DNA of 64,000 bases from Eledone cirrhosa. Taxonomy: Eukaryota. Position 1 is the stretch's first letter. Each line of letters begins with the position of its first letter. Under the pieces are notes generated by a model. That model made no database searches. It saw only the letters and a list, made by a program, of their open reading frames with translations, and was not told the DNA's origin. Shown one piece after another: positions 14,561-28,075 of the stretch. The translations under genes and the position numbers were made by a program. Location: positions 326,306,001 through 326,370,000 of the forward strand of contig OZ024742.1 in the NCBI GenBank assembly GCA_964016885.1, in the 5' to 3' direction.

Positions 14561-14999
14561 TATATATATATATATATATATGTGGGAAATGTTGTGTGGA
14601 GAGGGGAGACTAGTGTGAATGGGCGACTGGTGGTCTTCACAAATAACCTTGGTTGGACATTTGCCGCGGAGGGGTCATTTGTGATCAAAGGGAATCTTTA
14701 CCCCTCACCTCAACCCCCCACATTCACTCGGTGGATCTGTCCGACATCCATCATTACCCCCCCCCCCCCCCCCCAACCACCTCCATTCTTTTTCATCTTC
14801 TTTTTTGTTTCTAATTTCATTAATATTTTCTTGTTCTTTGCTTTTTTGAATTCTGCCTTTTCTACACTCAGAACAGTGTTTTCCTGATGAAAGGCAAATT
14901 CTCAATACATTGACTATGTAAATCACTCCTTGTTTTGTCAAGGGTGAAACCAAAACGACTTTATGTTAATACATCTGCTTGTTTGTTCGTTTCCTGTTT

Positions 15000-15068
<69 letters not shown>

Positions 15069-15258
15069 TGTGTGTGTGTGTGTGTGTGTGTATACGTATA
15101 ATATATATATATATATATGTGTATGTAGATATATAGATATATAGCAGTGGTTACACAACATTTAGTTCACCATACCTAACTCGTCCCATGGACTGAGTGC
15201 TCTACCACTACGGATATTACCTTCCAGTGTTCTACCACTATATATATATATATATATA

Positions 15259-15615
15259 TATATTAATTCAGAATATTAACAAAAATAGAATTTCTTGTGA
15301 TCAAGTATATTTTATTATACATATTTCAGAGGTACTGAGCTAACTTCAACAGTGCGTCCTCATCAGATAAAATAAGATGATGCATGACATACTCTGCCGT
15401 CAGGCATCATCTTATTTTATCTGATGAGGACGCACTGTTGAAGTTAGCTCAGTACCTCTGAAATATGTATAATAAAATATACTTGATCACAAGAATTTCT
15501 ATTTTTGTTAATATTCTGAATTAATATTAATAACTCCGGAAAACCTCATTGTTGAGTGCTTCCAATCTATTGTAAAATTCATTCTTTGATTTATTCATTG
15601 AACCTTTTTAACCTT

Positions 15616-15616
<1 letters not shown>
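15259..15616. mobile_element. Family C fold-back palindrome (~129-bp arms) plus right-side tail
   Basis: 15259-15387 is the reverse complement of 15399-15527. Tail 15528-15616 begins taataactccgga..gagtgc; (TA)n flanks. Confidence 0.87.
15413..15479 (+). ncRNA. Minimal type-I hammerhead motif (family C; mirror copy at 15308-15374, minus strand)
   Basis: 8-bp stem I tattttat/ataaaata; CTGATGA at 15421; irregular stem II; GAAA at 15460; then tatgta-ta. Confidence 0.72.
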
Positions 15617-15707
<91 letters not shown>

Positions 15708-15900
15708 GCAATACAATAAATGTAATCTGAGTTTTCGAATATTAATAATAATATTCAAATCGTTTGCAATTATGCAGTTCTGTTTACATGCCAACATAAG
15801 AGCAAGAATGAGGGGCTCATTCTACTGACATGCCTTTGAAAATGAGGCTTGTTTGCATAATTGCTATATATATATATACATACACACACACACACACACG

Positions 15901-15945
<45 letters not shown>

Positions 15946-16080
15946 TTAAATAACAGATTAAAGTTTAAGCAAAATACATATATATATATATGTATATATA
16001 TAAATATAAATATCAAGCGTTAACCTCATATATCCCTTCCATATACTGCACCGATTGTGTTGTTATTTCTGTTTATCTTT

Positions 16081-16177
<97 letters not shown>

Positions 16178-16731
16178 ATATGTAGATATGTATATAATAT
16201 TCTGAGCATACATTTAATTATTACAATTAGTTGTTAACAAGGAAGAAAATAAGGATAATATAACAAACAGTTTTCTAGTGTTGGGGCGATATCTCTCAAA
16301 ATTCGATCTGAAACGTGCGCCCTCAAACAAACTACAGTACGCACGTACAATCACATTACAGTATTCTTTCCATCTTAAACCCCACTTATTTCACCCTTTC
16401 TCTCTTCTCTGTCCCACCCTTCCTCACTACTACTCCTCCTCTCTTCTCTTGATCTCTGTGTTTATATCCTAACATGGTTATAAAAACCATGCAAGAATGT
16501 TCCTGCTAATTCAATCACACCAAATACAATCTAATTCATTATAGCAGCAATGTTGCTATATATAATTTTGGCTATTAGGAAACGATTTATCATCACTGCT
16601 GCCCTCTTCCTCGTCGTCGACATTGTCGCCATCATTGTCATCGTCATCATGATGATCGTTATGATCTTCTTCATTCGGTATTATTTTTGTTTTTTTCCTT
16701 CTTCTTATTCAAGTTCACCTGAATCTCCTTC

Positions 16732-16802
<71 letters not shown>

Positions 16803-16938
16803 GGTGTGGGCGGAGAAAGTGAGAGAGAGGGAAATAGAGAGAGAAAGAGGAGTTAGAAAGAAAGAGAGAGAGAGAGAAATAAATAAATAAAGAAAGAAAG
16901 AGGAAGGAGAGAAAGAAAGAAGAGCGGGGGAAGAAAAA

Positions 16939-17013
<75 letters not shown>

Positions 17014-17244
17014 GAAACATTTTTTTCTGGATAAGAACAAAGACCGTGCTGGTGTTCAATCAGTTTCCGAAGCCATAAACAGACACAGATGACATAGTTA
17101 TCTTGGACAACTTATCTAATGGATCTTTCACTATATATTTGTTAAAGATAGTAACGTACATGAGTTATCTGCAGGAGATTTAGCTGCTATATATAGCAGG
17201 GTCAAATCACGACATTGAAGCTTCCTGTTTCTCCCAGGTACTAT

Positions 17245-17795
17245 TAGTTGGTGGTGGTTGTGCTGGTAGTGATGGTGGTGGTGATGGTTCTGCTGGTAGT
17301 GGTGGTGATGGTGGTTGTGCTGGTTGTGGTGGTGGTGGTGATGGTTCTGCTGGTAGTGGTGGTGATGGTGGTTGTGCTGGTTGTGGTGGTGGTGGTGGTG
17401 GTTGTGCTGGTAGTGGTGGTGGTGGTGATGGTTCTGCTGGTAGTAGTGGTGGTGGTGGTTGTGCTGGTAGTGGTGGTGGTGGTGGTGGTTGTGCTGGTAG
17501 TGGTGGTGATGGTGGTTGTGGTGGTGGTGGTGATAGTGGTGCTGGTTGTGTTGGTGGTGGGGTGGTGGTGGGGAAGGTGGTGTTTGTGGTGATGCTTGTG
17601 GTGGTGATGGTGATGGTGGTGGTGGTAATAGTGGTGCTGGTTGTCTTCGTGGTGGCGGTGGTATTTGTGGTGGTGATGTTTGTGGTGGTGGTGGTGGATG
17701 AGGTTCTTATTGTTGTTGTCGTTGGTGGTGGTGGTGGTGGTGCTGCTGCTGCTGTTGCTGCTGTTACTGTTGATGGTGTTGTTGTTGTTGGCGGT
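17245..17795. repeat. Degenerate (GGT)n/(GTT)n trinucleotide array
   Basis: Read directly; produces the poly-Val ORFs. Confidence 0.9.
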
Positions 17796-18280
17796 TTAGG
17801 TTTAACGGTGGTGGACTTCCTGTTGGCGGTCGCGAATTATGTGATGTTGTTGGTGGTGGTGGTGGACTTCCTGTTGGCGGTCGCGAATTAAGTGATGTTG
17901 TTTTTGTTGCGTATTCAAATGTCAGATAGGTTAACATACACCGATGATAGGCGACGAACCGGGGGGGGGGGGGAAGTCGTTAAAATGTGGGACAAAATGC
18001 TTTGTGGTTCTCTTTCTCCTGGCTCTGTGTTCAAATCCCGCCAAAGTTTTCTTTGTTCTGCATTGTTTTCGGACGATAAAATAAAATAGCAGTCTAGGAA
18101 ACTGATTGAGAGGTTAGAGTATTGGAGAAGATACATTAGGATATTTGTTCCGGCTTTTTATCTTGTGAGTTCTAATCACGTTGAGGTAAAAATTACCTGT
18201 CATCATTCTTGGAGTTGATAAATTAAAATATTATACAAGTACCAGTTAGATATTAGAGCAATTAACATTCCTATAATATG

Positions 18281-18470
18281 ATTGTTTCTACTGTTGGCAC
18301 AAGGCCAGCAATTACTCCAGTGCATTACTGGTTCTTTATTGTATCGACTCCGTAAGGATAAAAGGCAAAGTTAACCATGGCAGGATTTGAACTCAGAACG
18401 TAAATGGCCATACCTCTATTCTACGAAATATGGTGTCCGACGCTCTACCGATACTACAAATCCACTGCCC
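18281..18470 (-). mobile_element. tRNA-derived SINE, major family
   Basis: Full-length match to 3532-3714. Confidence 0.85.
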
Positions 18471-18556
18471 TAATACTAATAATAATTTCTTTATAATATT
18501 ATAGTTCGCATGTTTTTATATTTGGGAATACATTCACGTATTTTGTTTAAATTTAA

Positions 18557-18684
18557 AGCTAACATGTTACAGGTTAGCTAACATGTTACAGGTGAGCTAA
18601 CATGTTACAGGTTAGCTAACATGTTACAGGTTAGCTAACATGTTACAGGTTAGCTAACATGTTACAGGTTAGCTAACATGTTAC
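18557..18684. repeat. 19-bp minisatellite (agctaacatgttacaggtt), about 6.7 copies
   Basis: Near-identical tandem units containing the palindrome taacatgtta. Confidence 0.95.
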
Positions 18685-18877
18685 TGCTGGAAAGAAATGG
18701 ATGAAATGAAACCACAGATAGGAAACTATAATAACTTTCTGTCTGACGCTCTACCAATACTGCCAATCCACCGACCTTAATATAGTACAATTTCTATAAT
18801 ATAATATATGTTCGTTACTCGTACTTACATACTTTACAGAACACGAAAGGATATGTCAATCTCGGCATGATTTAAAC

Positions 18878-19606
18878 CAGGGGTCGGCAACTTCTGTGCC
18901 TCCACGGGATGGATCGAGTATTAATGACGGATAGCGGGTCGGACTAAAAAGCCATAAAAGAATAATTATGGAAAATGATACAAGCTAAAATTTAATCACG
19001 AGTGTTGACTATACTTAAATTAATTTGTATTAACCACAGATGAATGTAATAATGCGACGAATTTTTAATTGTGTTTTTGCTGTCAAAGCGCTCACATCCG
19101 GTTGGTGGTGGACATTAGGTAGAGTGAATCAGTGGTGGTGTGGTGGACATTAGGTAGAGTGAATCAGTGGTGGTGTGGTGGACATTAGGTAGAGTGAATC
19201 AGTGGTGGTGTGGTGGACATTAGGTAGAGTGAATCAGTGGTGGTGTGGTGGACATTAGGTAGAGTGAATCAGTGGTGGTGTGGTGGACATTAGGTAGAGT
19301 GAATCAGTGGTGGTGTGGTGGACATTAGGTAGAGTGGATCAGTGGTGGTGTGGTGGACATTAGGTAGAGTGAATCAGTGGTGGTGTGGTGGACATTAGGT
19401 AGAGTGAATCAGTGGTGGTGTGGTGGACATTAGGTAGAGTGAATCAGAAGATTTGTGGAAGAATGTAACAGCAGGATTTTTATTGTATTTGAAAGTCTCG
19501 TCTGTCATATTACAATAAATTAAAATTTTAAATATACAACTCACTGGGCATCAGTTCTCGCAGGCCTGTCAAAATCCTTTCGTGGCCCGTAGGTTGCCGA
19601 CCACTG
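18878..19606. mobile_element. Non-autonomous hAT-superfamily DNA transposon (MITE)
   Basis: TIRs caggggtcggcaac / gttgccgaccactg. Exact 8-bp TSD atttaaac at 18870-18877 and 19607-19614. No transposase. Confidence 0.88.
19103..19447. repeat. 35-bp minisatellite (tggtggacattaggtagagtgaatcagtggtggtg), about 10 copies
   Basis: Head-to-tail units with only one substitution seen; lies inside the hAT MITE. Confidence 0.95.
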
Positions 19607-19699
19607 ATTTAAACTCTAAATGTACGCCTCCATAGTTAAATCCCTCAAAACACCTTTTTCGACGCTCCAACTATTCAATCAATACCCGGCAGCTGCAGC

Positions 19700-19793
19700 A
19701 GACATCAACATCATCATCATCATCGATTTCATCATCATTGTCGTCGTCCTCTTCCTCGTCGTCGTGGTCTTTGTCGTTGACGTCGTCGTCTTC

Positions 19794-19838
<45 letters not shown>

Positions 19839-19919
19839 TTCCTCGTCGTCGTCGTCGTCGTCTTCCTCGTCGTCGTGGTCTTTGTCGTTGACGTCGTCGT
19901 CTTCCTCGTCGTCGTCTTC

Positions 19920-19985
<66 letters not shown>

Positions 19986-20007
19986 TTCCTCGTCGTCGTC
20001 GTCGTCG

Positions 20008-20038
<31 letters not shown>
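19700..20038. repeat. (GTC)n array with internal higher-order duplication
   Basis: Read directly; CpG-dense. Confidence 0.92.
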
Positions 20039-20159
20039 AATAATGTGTTTCTTTGCGTTCTTTTCTTTTATTACTCATGTTACATTATTTCCTTCCCTTT
20101 CATTATCTCCACCCCTCAACTCTACCCCCCTTTCTCTCTCCAACACCATATATCCCTTT

Positions 20160-20332
20160 ATTTCTTGTAACACCCTCTCTGAAATCCCACTTCCTCTAAT
20201 ACCCTCTCTAAAGACACCCCCTTCTTCTAACACCCTCTCTAAAGTCCCCCCTTCTTCTAACACCCTCTCTAAAGCCCCCTCTTCCTCTAACACCCTCTCT
20301 AAAGTCCCCCTCTTCCTCTAACACCCTCTCTA
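20160..20332. repeat. ~30-bp tandem repeat (cttcttctaacaccctctctaaagtcccc), about 5-6 copies
   Basis: Read directly. Confidence 0.85.
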
Positions 20333-20494
20333 TCTCTCATCCTTAAAAACTACCTGTTCTGATATAGTATCCAAAAGCCAGCTCGGTTTATAAAAACTAG
20401 TTTATCCGGAATATTCAGTTACTTATTGAACCGTTTACTTTATATTTTATGTAACGGGATGGGGTTGTTGTTGATATTAACGTTGGAGAGACTG

Positions 20495-21240
20495 TTGTTA
20501 TTGATGGGGGTCTTAATGTTGTTGTTGCTGTTGTTGTTGTTATTGATGGGGGTCTTAATGTTGTTGTTGTTGTTGTTGTTGTTATTGATGGGGGTCTTAA
20601 TGTTGTTGTTGCTGTTGTTGTTGTTGTTATTGATGGGGGTCTTAATGTTGTTGTTGCTGTTGTTGTTGTTATTGATGGGGGTCTTAATGTTGTTGTTGCT
20701 GTTGTTGTTGTTGTTATTGATGGGGGTCTTAATGTTGTTGTTGTTGTTGTTGTTGTTGTTATTGATGGGGGTCTTAATGTTGTTGTTGCTGTTGTTGTTG
20801 TTGTTATTGATGGGGATCTTCATGTTGTTGTTGTTGTTGTTGTTGTTGTTACTGATGGGGATCTTAATGTTGTTGTTGCTGTTGTTGTTATTGATGGGGG
20901 TCTTAATGTTGTTGTTGCTGTTGTTGTTGTTATTGATGGGGGTCTTAATGTTGTTGTTGCTGTTGTTGTTGTTATTGATGGGGGTCTTAATGTTGTTGTT
21001 GCTGTTGTTGTTGTTATTGATGGGGGTCTTATTGTTGTTGTTGCTGTTGTTGTTGTTATTGATGGGGGTCTTAATGTTGTTGTTGCTGTTGTTGTTGTTA
21101 TTGATGGGGGTCTTAATGTTGTTGTTGCTGTTGTTGTTGTTATTGATGGGGGTCTTAATGTTGTTGTTGCTGTTGTTGTTGTTATTGATGGGGGTCTTAA
21201 TGTTGTTGTTGCTGTTGTTGTTGTTATTGATGGGGGTCTT

Positions 21241-21271
<31 letters not shown>

Positions 21272-21448
21272 ATGGGGGTCTTAATGTTGTTGTTGCTGTT
21301 GTTGTTGTTACTGATGGGGGTCTTATTGTTGTTGTTGCTGTTGTTGTTGTTATTGATGGGGGTCTTATTGTTGTTGTTGTTGTTGTTATTGATGGGGTTT
21401 TAATGTTGTTGTTGTTGTTGTTGTTGTTGTTACTGATGGGGATCTTAA

Positions 21449-21479
<31 letters not shown>

Positions 21480-22593
21480 ACTGATGGGGGTCTTATTGTT
21501 GTTGTTGTTGTTGTTATTGATGGGGTTTTAATGTTGTTGTTGTTGTTGTTGTTGTTGTTACTGATGGGGATCTTCATGTTGTTGTTGTTGTTGTTGTTGT
21601 TGTTATTGATGGGGGTCTTAATGTTGTTGTTGCTGTTGTTGTTGTTACTGATGGGGGTCTTATTGTTGTTGTTGCTGTTGTTGTTGTTATTGATGGGGGT
21701 CTTAATGTTGTTGTTGCTGTTGTTGTTGTTATTGATGGGGGTCTTATTGTTGTTGTTGCTGTTGTTGTTGTTATTGATGGGGGTCTTAATGTTGTTGTTG
21801 CTGTTGTTGTTGTTATTGATGGGGGTCTTATTGTTGTTGTTGCTGTTGTTGTTGTTATTGATGGGGGTCTTAATGTTGTTGTTGCTGTTGTTGTTGTTAT
21901 TGATGGGGGTCTTAATGTTGTTGTTGCTGTTGTTGTTGTTACTGATGGGGATCTTCGTGTTGTTGTTGTTGTTGTTGTTGTTGTTATTGATGGGGTCTTA
22001 ATGTTGTTGTTGCTGTTGTTGTTGTTATTGATGGGGATCTTAATGTTGTTGTTGTTGTTGTTGTTGTTGTTACTGATGGGGATCTTAATGTTGTTGTTGC
22101 TGTTGTTGTTGTTACTGATGGGGATCTTCATGTTGTTGTTGTTGTTGTTGTTGTTGTTATTGATGGGGGTCTTAATGTTGTTGTTGCTGTTGTTGTTGTT
22201 ATTGATGGGGGTCTTATTGTTGTTGTTGCTGTTGTTGTTGTTATTGATGGGGGTCTTAATGTTGTTGTTGCTGTTGTTGTTGTTATTGATGGGGGTCTTA
22301 TTGTTGTTGTTGCTGTTGTTGTTGTTACTGATGGGGATCTTCATGTTGTTGTTGTTGTTGTTGTTGTTGTTATTGATGGGGTCTTAATGTTGTTGTTGCT
22401 GTTGTTGTTGTTATTGATGGGGATCTTAATGTTGTTGTTGTTGTTGTTATTGATGGGGTTTTAATGTTGTTGTTGTTGTTGTTGTTGTTGTTATTGATGG
22501 GGGTCTTAATGTTGTTGTTGCTGTTGTTGTTGTTATTGATGGGGGTCTTAATGTTGTTGTTGTTGTTGTTGTTGTTATTGATGGGGGTCTTAA

Positions 22594-22630
<37 letters not shown>

Positions 22631-23090
22631 ACTGATGGGGGTCTTAATGTTGTTGTTGTTGTTGTTGTTGTTATTGATGGGGGTCTTAATGTTGTTGTTG
22701 CTGTTGTTGTTGTTATTGATGGGGGTCTTAATGCTGTTGTTGCTGTTGTTGTTGTTATTGATGGGGGTCTTAATGTTGTTGTTGCTGTTGTTGTTGTTAT
22801 TGATGGGGGTCTTAATGTTGTTGTTGCTGTTGTTGTTGTTATTGATGGGGGTCTTAATGTTGTTGTTGCTGTTGTTGTTGTTATTGATGGGGGTCTTAAT
22901 GCTGTTGTTGCTGTTGTTGTTGTTATTGATGGGGGTCTTAATGTTGTTGTTGCTGTTGTTGTTGTTATTGATGGGGGTCTTAATGTTGTTGTTGCTGTTG
23001 TTGTTGTTATTGATGGGGGTCTTAATGTTGTTGTTGCTGTTGTTGTTGTTACTGATGGGGTCTTAATGCTGTTGTTGCTGTTGTTGTTGT
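20495..23090. repeat. ~2.6-kb minisatellite with 39-51-bp units: ttattgatgggggtcttaatg + (ttg)n
   Basis: Roughly 60 units with a constant core and variable TTG number; variants are shared between blocks. Confidence 0.96.
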
Positions 23091-23477
23091 GATTGTTTCA
23101 AATGTGTTTACGTTGTTGCTCCTGTGACTGTTGCTATGTTATGTTGTTCTTATTGATTTTCTCATTGTTTTTGTTGCTAATATTATAGAAGTTACAGATA
23201 TTGTTGTTTGATGTTACCCTTCTTCTTCTTCTTCTTCTTCTTCTTCTTCTTCTTCTTCTTCTTCTTCTTCTTCTTCTTTCATCTTTCTTCTTCTTCTTCT
23301 TCTTCTTCTTCTTCTTCTTCTGTTGTTATTGTAGTTGTTGTTGCTCTTCTTACTGTTGTTGTCGCTGCTATGTTTATTGTTGTTATTATAGTGATTTTCT
23401 TGGTCCCACTGTTGTTCTTGTCATTTGTATTGATATTATTGAGGATCTTGTTGCTGTTCCAGTTGTTATCATTATTT

Positions 23478-23873
23478 CGGTGAATTGGCAGTATCGGTAG
23501 AGGGTTGGACGCCATGCTTTCTAGCATAGTTAAGTCCCTTTACAGTCTGAGTTCAAATCTCGCCAAGGTTAACTTTGCCTTTCATCCTTATGGTGTCAAT
23601 AAAATAAAGTACCAGTAATACACTGGGTTAATTGCTGGCTTTGTGCCAAAAGTAGAAACAATTATTATTGTAGTTATTGTATGGTGGTGGATTGGCAGTG
23701 TCGTTAGAGCATCGGACAATATGTGTAGCAGCATAGTGTTATGGCCTTTTACGTTCTGAGTTCAAAATCCCACCGAGATTAATTTTGCCTTTCACCCTTA
23801 TGGGGTCGATAAAATAAAGTACTAGTAATGCACTGGGGTAATTGCTGGCCTTGTGCCAAAAATTGAAACAATT
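23478..23873 (+). mobile_element. Two tandem tRNA-derived SINEs, major family
   Basis: Copies at 23478-23663 and 23683-23873. Confidence 0.85.
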
Positions 23874-24034
23874 ACTATTGTGGTTGTTGTTTTTACTGTT
23901 GTTTCTCTTACTGCTGTCCTTATTGTTGTCTTTGTTGTTCCTGTTGTTGTTGTTGTTCTCGTGTTGATTATTGTTGTTACTGTTGTTGTTGTCATTGCAG
24001 CTGCCATATTAATGACCATGTTGGTGTTTGTTGT

Positions 24035-24066
<32 letters not shown>

Positions 24067-24244
24067 TTGTTGTTGCATGATGACTTCTATCTTTTCAATG
24101 CTCCTCTTCTTGTTATTAATGATGTTACTGAATAATATTAAATGAAATTCATAAGCGTGACAGCCTGGAGATAGTATGGAAATCTGTTCACGTGTAACGA
24201 TCTTGCAGTGTACGATGTAAAAAAACAAATGAAGGTCATATTGA

Positions 24245-24260
24245 TGTATCATCGTCATCG

Positions 24261-24296
<36 letters not shown>

Positions 24297-24388
24297 GCAT
24301 CATCATCATCGACAATATCATCATCGTCCTCATCCTCATCATCATCATCAACAACAACAACAACATCATCATCATCAACAACAATATT

Positions 24389-24419
<31 letters not shown>

Positions 24420-24489
24420 ACAACAATATCATCATCATCATCATCATCAACATCATCATCAACAACAATATCATCATCATCATCACCAT

Positions 24490-24527
<38 letters not shown>

Positions 24528-24539
24528 ACATCATCATCA

Positions 24540-24570
<31 letters not shown>

Positions 24571-24710
24571 CATCATCATCAGTATCATTACCATCATCAG
24601 CATGAACTTAACATTATCCCAATCAAAATAATATCATCAATATCAACCATTTAGCACCATCACCATCATCATAATCAACGTCGTCACCAACATCATCATC
24701 ATCACCTACA
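24245..24710. repeat. (CAT)n/(CAA)n array
   Basis: Read directly; produces the poly-His and poly-Met ORFs. Confidence 0.92.
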
Positions 24711-24731
24711 GCAGTAGTACAATTATCATAT

Positions 24732-24909
24732 AATTGTTTCTTCTTTCGGCACAAGTTCAGCAATTAATCCAGTTTATTACTGGTACTTTATTTTATCGAC
24801 CCCGTAAGGATGAAAGGCAAAGTTAACTCCCGCGGGATTTGAACTCAGACCATAAAGGGCCGTAACTCTTTGCTACAAAGCATGGCGTCCGACCCTCTAC
24901 CGATACTGC
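24732..24909 (-). mobile_element. tRNA-derived SINE, major family
   Basis: Match to the family consensus. Confidence 0.85.
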
Positions 24910-25820
24910 TATTATCATATAATGTATGACAGTATTGTATATACAATATAAGTGTGTCTAACAAGGATGGTTCAGTTAAAAGTGTTGGTAGTTGTGTAGG
25001 AATAATTTAAAGCCTACATTCTGTATGGGTGTGCCCAGTTACGCTATTTTTTCTGGCTCTTTGTGCTAAGAGTTCAAATTATGTCGAATTCAACTGTGCC
25101 TTTCATCTGTTTGAGTACCAGTTCAGAGAGCTGGATTGGTGGAATTGTTTGAGTGCCAAACAAGATAGCTTGCGATATTTGTTCTACTTTGGTACAAGAA
25201 ATAATTTGCTGCACAGTTTAATGCGATCACTTGGTCCGTGGAGACCTTTAGCGGAGCTTAGAAGGCCGGAAGCAACCGGGCAAGGTCTGTGGTTTGATTA
25301 TATCTTCCTCACTCTCTCAAATCCACTGGTTTCGGAGGCACTGAAAAGTGTCTTATGGGCTGGCATTCTTTCCCTGATCGAAACAGTGGAAAATATGCAA
25401 CAGGGGAAAATATCCATTACGTTTCAAGAACAAAAATAAAACAACAAATAATAGCAAACAAGAAGTTTTACACCGTAATGTAGAACCAGAAAATTCAATG
25501 ATTCTGATATTTGTCCTTCAACAGGAGAAGCAGAGAATTCCGAAGGAATTCAATGTTTAGAAAGAAAGTCAGAAGGTTAGGGATAGGTAGAGAGAAATTT
25601 TGTTTTACCAGCAAATGAGTGTGCTGTAGAAAGAGTTTTGTGTTACAATTGCTTCGGACAATATTTTCTGAGCACAGTCTGACGAGCTTCCATCCAGTAC
25701 TACTGAGATATGTATCAGAAACTTTGAAGCATTATGAACTCACTGTTTCGTTGTCTTCTTTCGTTTTGTCAATGTAGTTCCTGTCTATTTCTAAGTGATT
25801 CAAGGCTGAAATACAATTAA

Positions 25821-26125
25821 ATATTTGGCAATATACCGTATGTTTAATTAAAAATATGTTGAAGACCTTACGCTATGATTTTAAAGTAGTGACTATGTCA
25901 CTTACTTCTTTTCGGCGAAAGAAGGCAGATAAGCTAACAGTCTGTTTCATGCTGTTTGGCAATCATCAGAGCTACGTACTGTCCTCTTCCGCCGAAAATT
26001 TAAGAAGCTCGATTCTAAATGATAGAGTAAGGTCTTCAAAATGTTTTTAATTAAACATACGGTATATTGCCAAATATATTATGCATACATTCATGTATAC
26101 ATCGCTATTTCAGAGCACCAATCCT
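25821..26125. mobile_element. Family K inverted insertion with an internal hammerhead and right-side tail
   Basis: Arms 25821-25880 and 26018-26077; tail runs to cagagcaccaat. Confidence 0.72.
25932..25973 (-). ncRNA. Minimal type-I hammerhead motif (family K)
   Basis: Minus strand: agct-ctgatga-t-tgc-caaaca-gca-t-gaaa-cagactg-tt-agct. Confidence 0.72.
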
Positions 26126-26676
26126 AATACAATTAAATAGTTTATTGTTATACACATAGAGAGAAAAGCAGTGCTTATGACCCAGTCCGGGTCTTGTGAA
26201 ATTAGTAGAAACTAGGTAAGTAAGTATCTGCAAACCAGACACATTACTCGAACTCATTCAATGGTGTGTAATTCGATAAAGTCACTCAAGTTCTGGGTGG
26301 TTGTATGAAAACTAACTGGCAGGTTAAATCCATCACTCAAAATTAAGTCAATCACCTTTTCTTCAATTCGCCACAAAACATTAAGGCCTACTCATAAGGG
26401 ACCTTGAAATTAGACTTACACACATTCAACAGTTACACGTTATAGTATAGTTGTATTCGATCAGTTAGATAACCGGCCCTTTAACAATTCTACTATCCGC
26501 ATATAATCGATTATGCACCCTTCTCACACAAACTATGGCTTTGAAACCAATATCTACGCGTTTCAGGTATATATTAATTTGTCACTCCAGGCTAGAAATT
26601 ATTCCAATATTTCTAAATTACATGTTTGAAAATATCTTCACGGGCCTGGGTATAATACTTTGTAATTTTCTTCCAG

Positions 26677-26695
26677 GGTATAATTATGAACAAGA
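26677..26695 (+). other. Candidate 19-nt microexon containing ATG
   Basis: ttttcttccag | ggtataattatgaacaaga | gtaagt, with consensus splice sites on both sides. Confidence 0.25.
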
Positions 26696-27224
26696 GTAAG
26701 TGTAAGATGTATGTATGTATGTATGTATGTATGTATGTATGTATGTATGTATGTATGTATGTATGTATGTATGTATGTATGAATGTATGTATGTATGTAT
26801 GTATGTATGTATATGTATGTATGTATGGGTGTATCTATGTATGTAAGTACTTATATATGAATCGATGGAATTATTTCTGTATGTATCAATGTAATTATGC
26901 ATATATCTCTGTGTGTGTATGTACATACGCATGTATCTATATATGTGTGTGTGTGTATTTATATATATATTTATATATATATATATATATATACATAAGC
27001 GTGTGATGTTGCAGGATGGGTGTTTGTGTGGGCGTATGTATGTAAGTATATATGTATGTATATATGTATATATATATATATTTTTGTAAATCTATATGTA
27101 TATATATATATGTGTGTGGGGATGTGAGCGTAATGCTATTTAAGACGCGTAATAATATATTGTTATTTAGATAAAGATGATAATGTAAGCCGCACACGGT
27201 CTATATAAACCTTATATTTTACTT

Positions 27225-27400
27225 AGTATCGGTAGAGGGTCGGACGCCATGCTTTGACGCATAGAGTTACGGCCCTTGCCATTCGGAGTTCAAATCCCGC
27301 CGAGGTTTACTTTGCCTTTCATCCTTAGGGGGGTCGATAAAATAAAGTACTAGTAATGCACTGCGTAATTGCTGGCCTTGTGCCAAAAGTAGAAACAATT
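27225..27400 (+). mobile_element. tRNA-derived SINE, major family
   Basis: Match to the family consensus. Confidence 0.85.
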
Positions 27401-27879
27401 ATATTTTACTTAGGATCAACAAATAACGTACGTATATTACTGATATTTCAGCGAATTATGTCCTATTCAAAGCTCTGACGAAATCCTACCATGAGTTTCA
27501 TGTAAACATCAATGTTTCCTTCAGCGGGGTACATCTGCCAAATTACATTCGTTCGTTTTACGAGCAGAAATGGTTCAAAGACCTCCATGTTCTAAAAACT
27601 TATGTACACTCTACTTCATGCATTTAGTACCTATCCTAGATGAACCGGTATTCATATATATATATTGAATTATACTATATATATTCAAATATACTATACA
27701 TACATTCATGTATACATCGCTACTTCAGAGCACCAATACTAATACCTAATTTTGCTGGACCGGCAATCGCTCTGTATAATCAGTGACTGATTATTACTGG
27801 AATTCTATAAGAATCCTGCTTCTATAATTTTCGGCGGAGGTGGATCAGTGCGTGGTTTTGATACACGCCAAACAGCGAA

Positions 27880-28075
27880 ACCTGGCAATGGAGACTTCTG
27901 GTGTCCTCGGCCGTAGGGCTACCTCTCTACTCACCACCATAGGCGCTGAGCTGGCCAGCCGCAGGTGTGAACCCCGCGAGTTGAAGTGGCTTTTCCAGCG
28001 CATCTCCCTTGCCCTCCTCCGGGAAAACGCCTTCTCCATCCTGTCCGCCGGGGCATCGCGTATCATTCCATATTT
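27880..28075 (+). pseudogene. C-terminal fragment of a CRE-like (restriction-like endonuclease) non-LTR retrotransposon ORF
   Basis: LAMETSGVLGRRATSLLTTIGAELASRRCEPRELKWLFQRISLALLRENAFSIL resembles the ET.G..G....FQR.S.A..RGNA terminus of CRE-clade proteins (recognised from memory). A second fragment is at about 39915-39990. Confidence 0.7.

Noticed and set aside
14878-14960. ctgatga with a distant gaaac
   Set aside because: No convincing stem I or stem II.
19103-19447. 35-bp repeat resembling a CRISPR array or telomeric repeat (contains ttagg)
   Set aside because: Units are contiguous with no unique spacers, there are no cas genes, the context is eukaryotic, and it is not (TTAGGG)n.
20426-23066. 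325-aa and 200-aa Leu-rich ORFs as membrane proteins
   Set aside because: Minisatellite translation with frameshifting unit variants.
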